From assembly GCA_003971905.1 (NCBI GenBank), contig RSEE01000009.1:992001-1056000 (forward strand): DNA of 64,000 nt, read 5' to 3'. Shown piece after piece: positions 60,901-64,000 of this stretch; position 1 is the stretch's first letter, and every line of letters starts with the position of its first letter. The notes below the pieces were generated by a model, which saw only the letters and a list, made by a program, of their open reading frames with translations, was not told the origin of the DNA and did not search any database. Source of the DNA: Moniliella sp. 'wahieum' (lineage: Eukaryota). The translations under genes were made by a program, and so were the position numbers.

Positions 60901-63596
60901 CACATCCGCGAGCGCGTGAACCGGTTCACTCATTTTAGGTGGCGGAGGTTGGGTGCGGGGCGCGCCGTTGGGCTTGACAACCGAAGTTGGGAACAAGGCC
61001 AGCACCACATCCTGCATCCCTGATGGAGGTTTGTAGAACTGAAGTTGCCCCCCCTCGGTGAGGAGGACACGATACGACTTCCATCCCTTGGATACATCCT
61101 TTTCCTCAGGAGAAAGAGGAGAGAGGGCTTCGTCGTCGTTATTCTCTTCTTTATCGTGACCCGTTGCATGGGAATTGTACCAATGATGCCCCTCTTCTGT
61201 GTCCCGATGCCGGCTCAGCAAGCCTTGGAACGTTGCTCCAGCTGGCAAAGGCACAGCGGAGGAGCGAGTCGAGTTGGTTTGAGGGACAGAGGCAAGACCA
61301 CCGGGGGTCCCCTTTCCCGGACCCGATGGCGGGGTGGAGGAACTGACAGGCCTGTGTTCCCCCGCGAGACGCGATTGCCCCTGACGACGAGCGTGGCAGA
61401 GCCGATGGGGAAGATGGTTAAGTTGACCCCATGCGAGAGATTGGGCTCGAGGGTTGTGAGTGCCTGCAGGAGTTGCCTGAGAAGAAGGAACAGGGGTGCC
61501 CAAATTGGCGGTACTTTGAACATGGCCTCCCCCCGCAGTCGACGGGAAAGGAGGAGGAGTCTCACTTGTAGTGGGGAAATGGAGAAGATCTGGTCGTGTC
61601 CCAGGAGGACTGGTTGACTGGGCTTGAATCAGAGTATGCGAGGCGGCCCTCTGCTCAGTCCTTGTTGGCGGAAGCCCAGTGCTGGTAGGTAGGGGTGAAG
61701 CGGTTGCCCGAACACCAAAAGGCATTCTGGAGGGCTTCTGCGATTGGGATACCGAAGGGGATGGGGCCGAAAGTGCCGTTGTGGTGAGGGGCAAGGCGGT
61801 TGGAGTAGGTGTTGCCGAACCGCTTACTTTCACAGACGAAAGAGGTGAAGGAGCAGGGAGCGAAGAAGCGGGTTGGTGCGCGTCTGGAGGCATACAAGGC
61901 AGAGGCACACTAGCTGCAATGGCGCGCGAGCTGGTGCGGCGTGCGCCTCCTAAGCTAACTGCCCTAGTATGGTGTCCCTCGTCTGTCCTAGTGTTGTGTC
62001 CCTCCTCTGGATCAGGAGGAAGTGTGGCAGCGGCAGCAGGCAAGGTTGATGTGCCGGGAAGTGGAGGAGCAGCGAGAGGGTACGCATATCGGTGCGGCCG
62101 CGCAAAATGGGGCATACCCGTATTCGGCATGGGTTGTGGGATGAATGGCGACGTCGGTCGGATGGACCGTGTAACAGGCACCGGGCTAGGAGCCCGTGGG
62201 ACAGAACCGAGCTGGGGAGAAAGTGCTCGACCTATGGGACAGGAGGTGGAAGGATAGGGTCCTGAGTTCCTGTAGTAGGGTCGCTGCCCCCACTTCCTCC
62301 AGATGTTTGAGAAGCGGCACTGGTACGAAAGGGGCGTCCGTTTAGACCAGCGGCATGGTCCTTTGAACCGGGCCAAGCGTTCGGCGTGGCAGAAGGGGCT
62401 GGAAGATCGAGACTGCTTTGACTGAAGCTGCGATGGGGTGCGCCAAGCGAGGAGTTTGCTGTGCTCCCAGGGCTTCCCATTCCACCCCCCCCGGCAAGGG
62501 CGAGGGAAAGACCGCTGCGGACTGAGGCTGAGGCAGCACTGCGCTTGCGGTCTCGTCTGCCAGCGAGAAAAGAACGCTTGGTTGGCGGGGGTCCAAAGGC
62601 TACGGTAGTTGGGGGCGAGGTAGGTGAGGAAGCGCTTTCACCATCGGCAGAGCCTGGGGAGACGAAGAGGGTTTCAGATGCAGTGCTGAGGGCCATGTGG
62701 GGATCGGAAGTGGTATGTGCGTAACCATGTGTCGTGGAAGAGCTGGTAGGCAGAGAAGTGGACACATCGGAGGGAGAATCGTGCACGGTGGGCATGGAAC
62801 GGGTGGGGAGGAAGTTGGTGGGGTTGCCACGGCCTACATTGCGAGTTTGGTCCCAATCCACCGAGGCGCGCGGAGAGACGCCCTCCTGCTGGATGGTACC
62901 CAGAGGCGGGAGGGTAGGCTCGTGTTCTTGAGCCCCAGAGGAATTGGGAGAGGGTACAGACACGCTAATGCTCCCACCAAGAGCCCCGCGAGCGCGTGAG
63001 AGAAGGAGATTCAGCGCCGACGAGGGGCTACGCGTGGGAGCGGCAGTGGATGTGGCAACCGAGGCGGGCAAGTCGGCGGGGGCGGAAATGGAAGGCGACG
63101 GGGTGGCGTAGGTGGGCACTTCGGCGGGGGCAGATGAAGGTCCAGAAAAGTGCTCGGCTGGGCGTATCTGCTGGACGGGCGGAGGGTGCTGCTGGGCAAG
63201 GTAGGCATGCTGTGGAGGCGGGGCAATCTCCACTGCGCTGGCAGAGCGGACAGGGGCGGTGGCACGGTGGAGGGCGGAGGCGGAAGGTGGGGGAGGGTGG
63301 GGCGTGAGGGATGTGGTAGGGGTGCGAGGGTGGGGGAAGGGAGGGCGGTTTGGGCACGAGGGCGGGAGGGGAGGGGCTGGGACGAGTAGAGGCGGGGCGG
63401 ATCTTGGTCTGGCTGGGGGGAAGCCGAGGGGGAAGAAGGGACGAGACGGCAGAGGCGGAGGCGGAGGCGGAGACGGAGACGGAGCCCTTGTTGGCGTCGC
63501 GCCTGCGTGGTCCCCAGCGGACCATGGTGGCGGCGCCAAAGCCAGATGGGGGGGCGGGGCGTGGTGTGGTGGGGGGGGGGGGGGGGGGGGGGGCAA
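54946..63596 (-). CDS. Large RasGEF-like / PH / RhoGAP protein (Bem2-like)
   Basis: Pro-rich N-terminus. PH-like KGWKSYRVLL..LQFYKPP. RasGEF-like segments (PAEVAQQI, ATILRHWI, VQSASLERL|VDV across intron 58504-58558). PH domain SYTFHLV..HLLQA..MVEFI. RhoGAP IEARGLGEQGIYRISG, VKLWLRELPEP, NLMAGHNIGLVFG. Many frameshifts; start approximate. Confidence 0.85.
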
Positions 63597-64000
63597 TCAA
63601 CGGACGCCACAGGCGGTGGCAGCAATACGCACGCAAGGCGCTGCTGTGTGCTACTGCGGCTACGCTGCTAAGCGTGGCGCTGACCAGCAACTAGCATCCG
63701 GTACCCAGCAGCCGCTACCCAGTACCAAGCCCAAGGTCTAAGATCTAAGCCTCAAGCCCACGCATGACTAGTGACCAGTGACGCGTGACGCCTGCATGGG
63801 GCCCAGGCGCGAGCAGCTGCACCCGTGACTCGTGGTGGTCGGTGATCCTCACCCGCATCATGCATCCCCCTGACGGCTGGCAAGGGTGATCCTGGCCAGC
63901 AGCGACTGGCCTGTCTCCCCCGCGCGCGCGCGATCATCGAATGATCGATCGGCAATCGCCAATCGCTGCGCTACGAATGGCGAGATGCTGCTAGCATTAA

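Noticed and set aside
63572..63593. 22-nt G homopolymer as a regulatory or G4 element
   Set aside because: It corresponds to a poly-Pro tract at the start of the RhoGAP gene, and its length is unreliable in this assembly.
5849..63596. Calling the many frameshifted host genes pseudogenes or programmed frameshifts
   Set aside because: Indels affect most genes, including conserved housekeeping ones, often at homopolymers, while the motifs stay intact. Long-read consensus error is the simpler explanation.
916..63955. The many long antisense or alternative-frame ORFs in the track
   Set aside because: They are expected shadows of high-GC coding sequence and have no independent motifs.
1..64000. 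CRISPR arrays or prokaryotic defence systems
   Set aside because: The DNA is eukaryotic and intron-containing, and I saw no repeat-spacer arrays of CRISPR dimensions.

Overview
This is GC-rich fungal genomic DNA, most likely a basidiomycete. The short GT-AG introns with CTRAC/CTAAC branch points and the gene content support that call. Many 1-bp indels, often at homopolymers, break otherwise normal genes, as expected in an imperfectly polished long-read assembly. I can support about 13 host genes: a Zn2Cys6 TF, a secreted RlpA/DPBB expansin-like protein with a 4-nt micro-exon, a 3xKH RNA-binding protein, a MARVEL-like membrane protein, a Yap5/HapX-like bZIP, MPC2, TPA1, a RING-CH E3 ligase, GLTP/HET-C2, a C2H2 TF, a Ran1/Pat1-like kinase, an HSL-family hydrolase and a Bem2-like RasGEF-PH-RhoGAP. 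There are also two near-identical, full-length 5041-bp Ty1/copia LTR retrotransposons (9039-14079, TSD GAGAG; 38030-43070, TSD ACTCC). Four observations stand out. (1) In both copia copies gag and pol are in the same frame and separated by one UAG, which implies stop-codon recoding. The element also has a non-canonical primer-binding site, no Gag zinc knuckle, an inferred HTDD RT motif and tandem AP-1/Gcn4 sites in the LTR. (2) Nearly every intergenic region carries short 7-bp-period arrays built on one rule: a T(G/C)A linker plus a 4-mer that is usually palindromic and changes from locus to locus. (3) The DPBB gene is invisible in the ORF track. (4) The kinase has a catalytic-loop Asn-to-Ser change. 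All protein identifications come from motif recognition by eye, not database searches.
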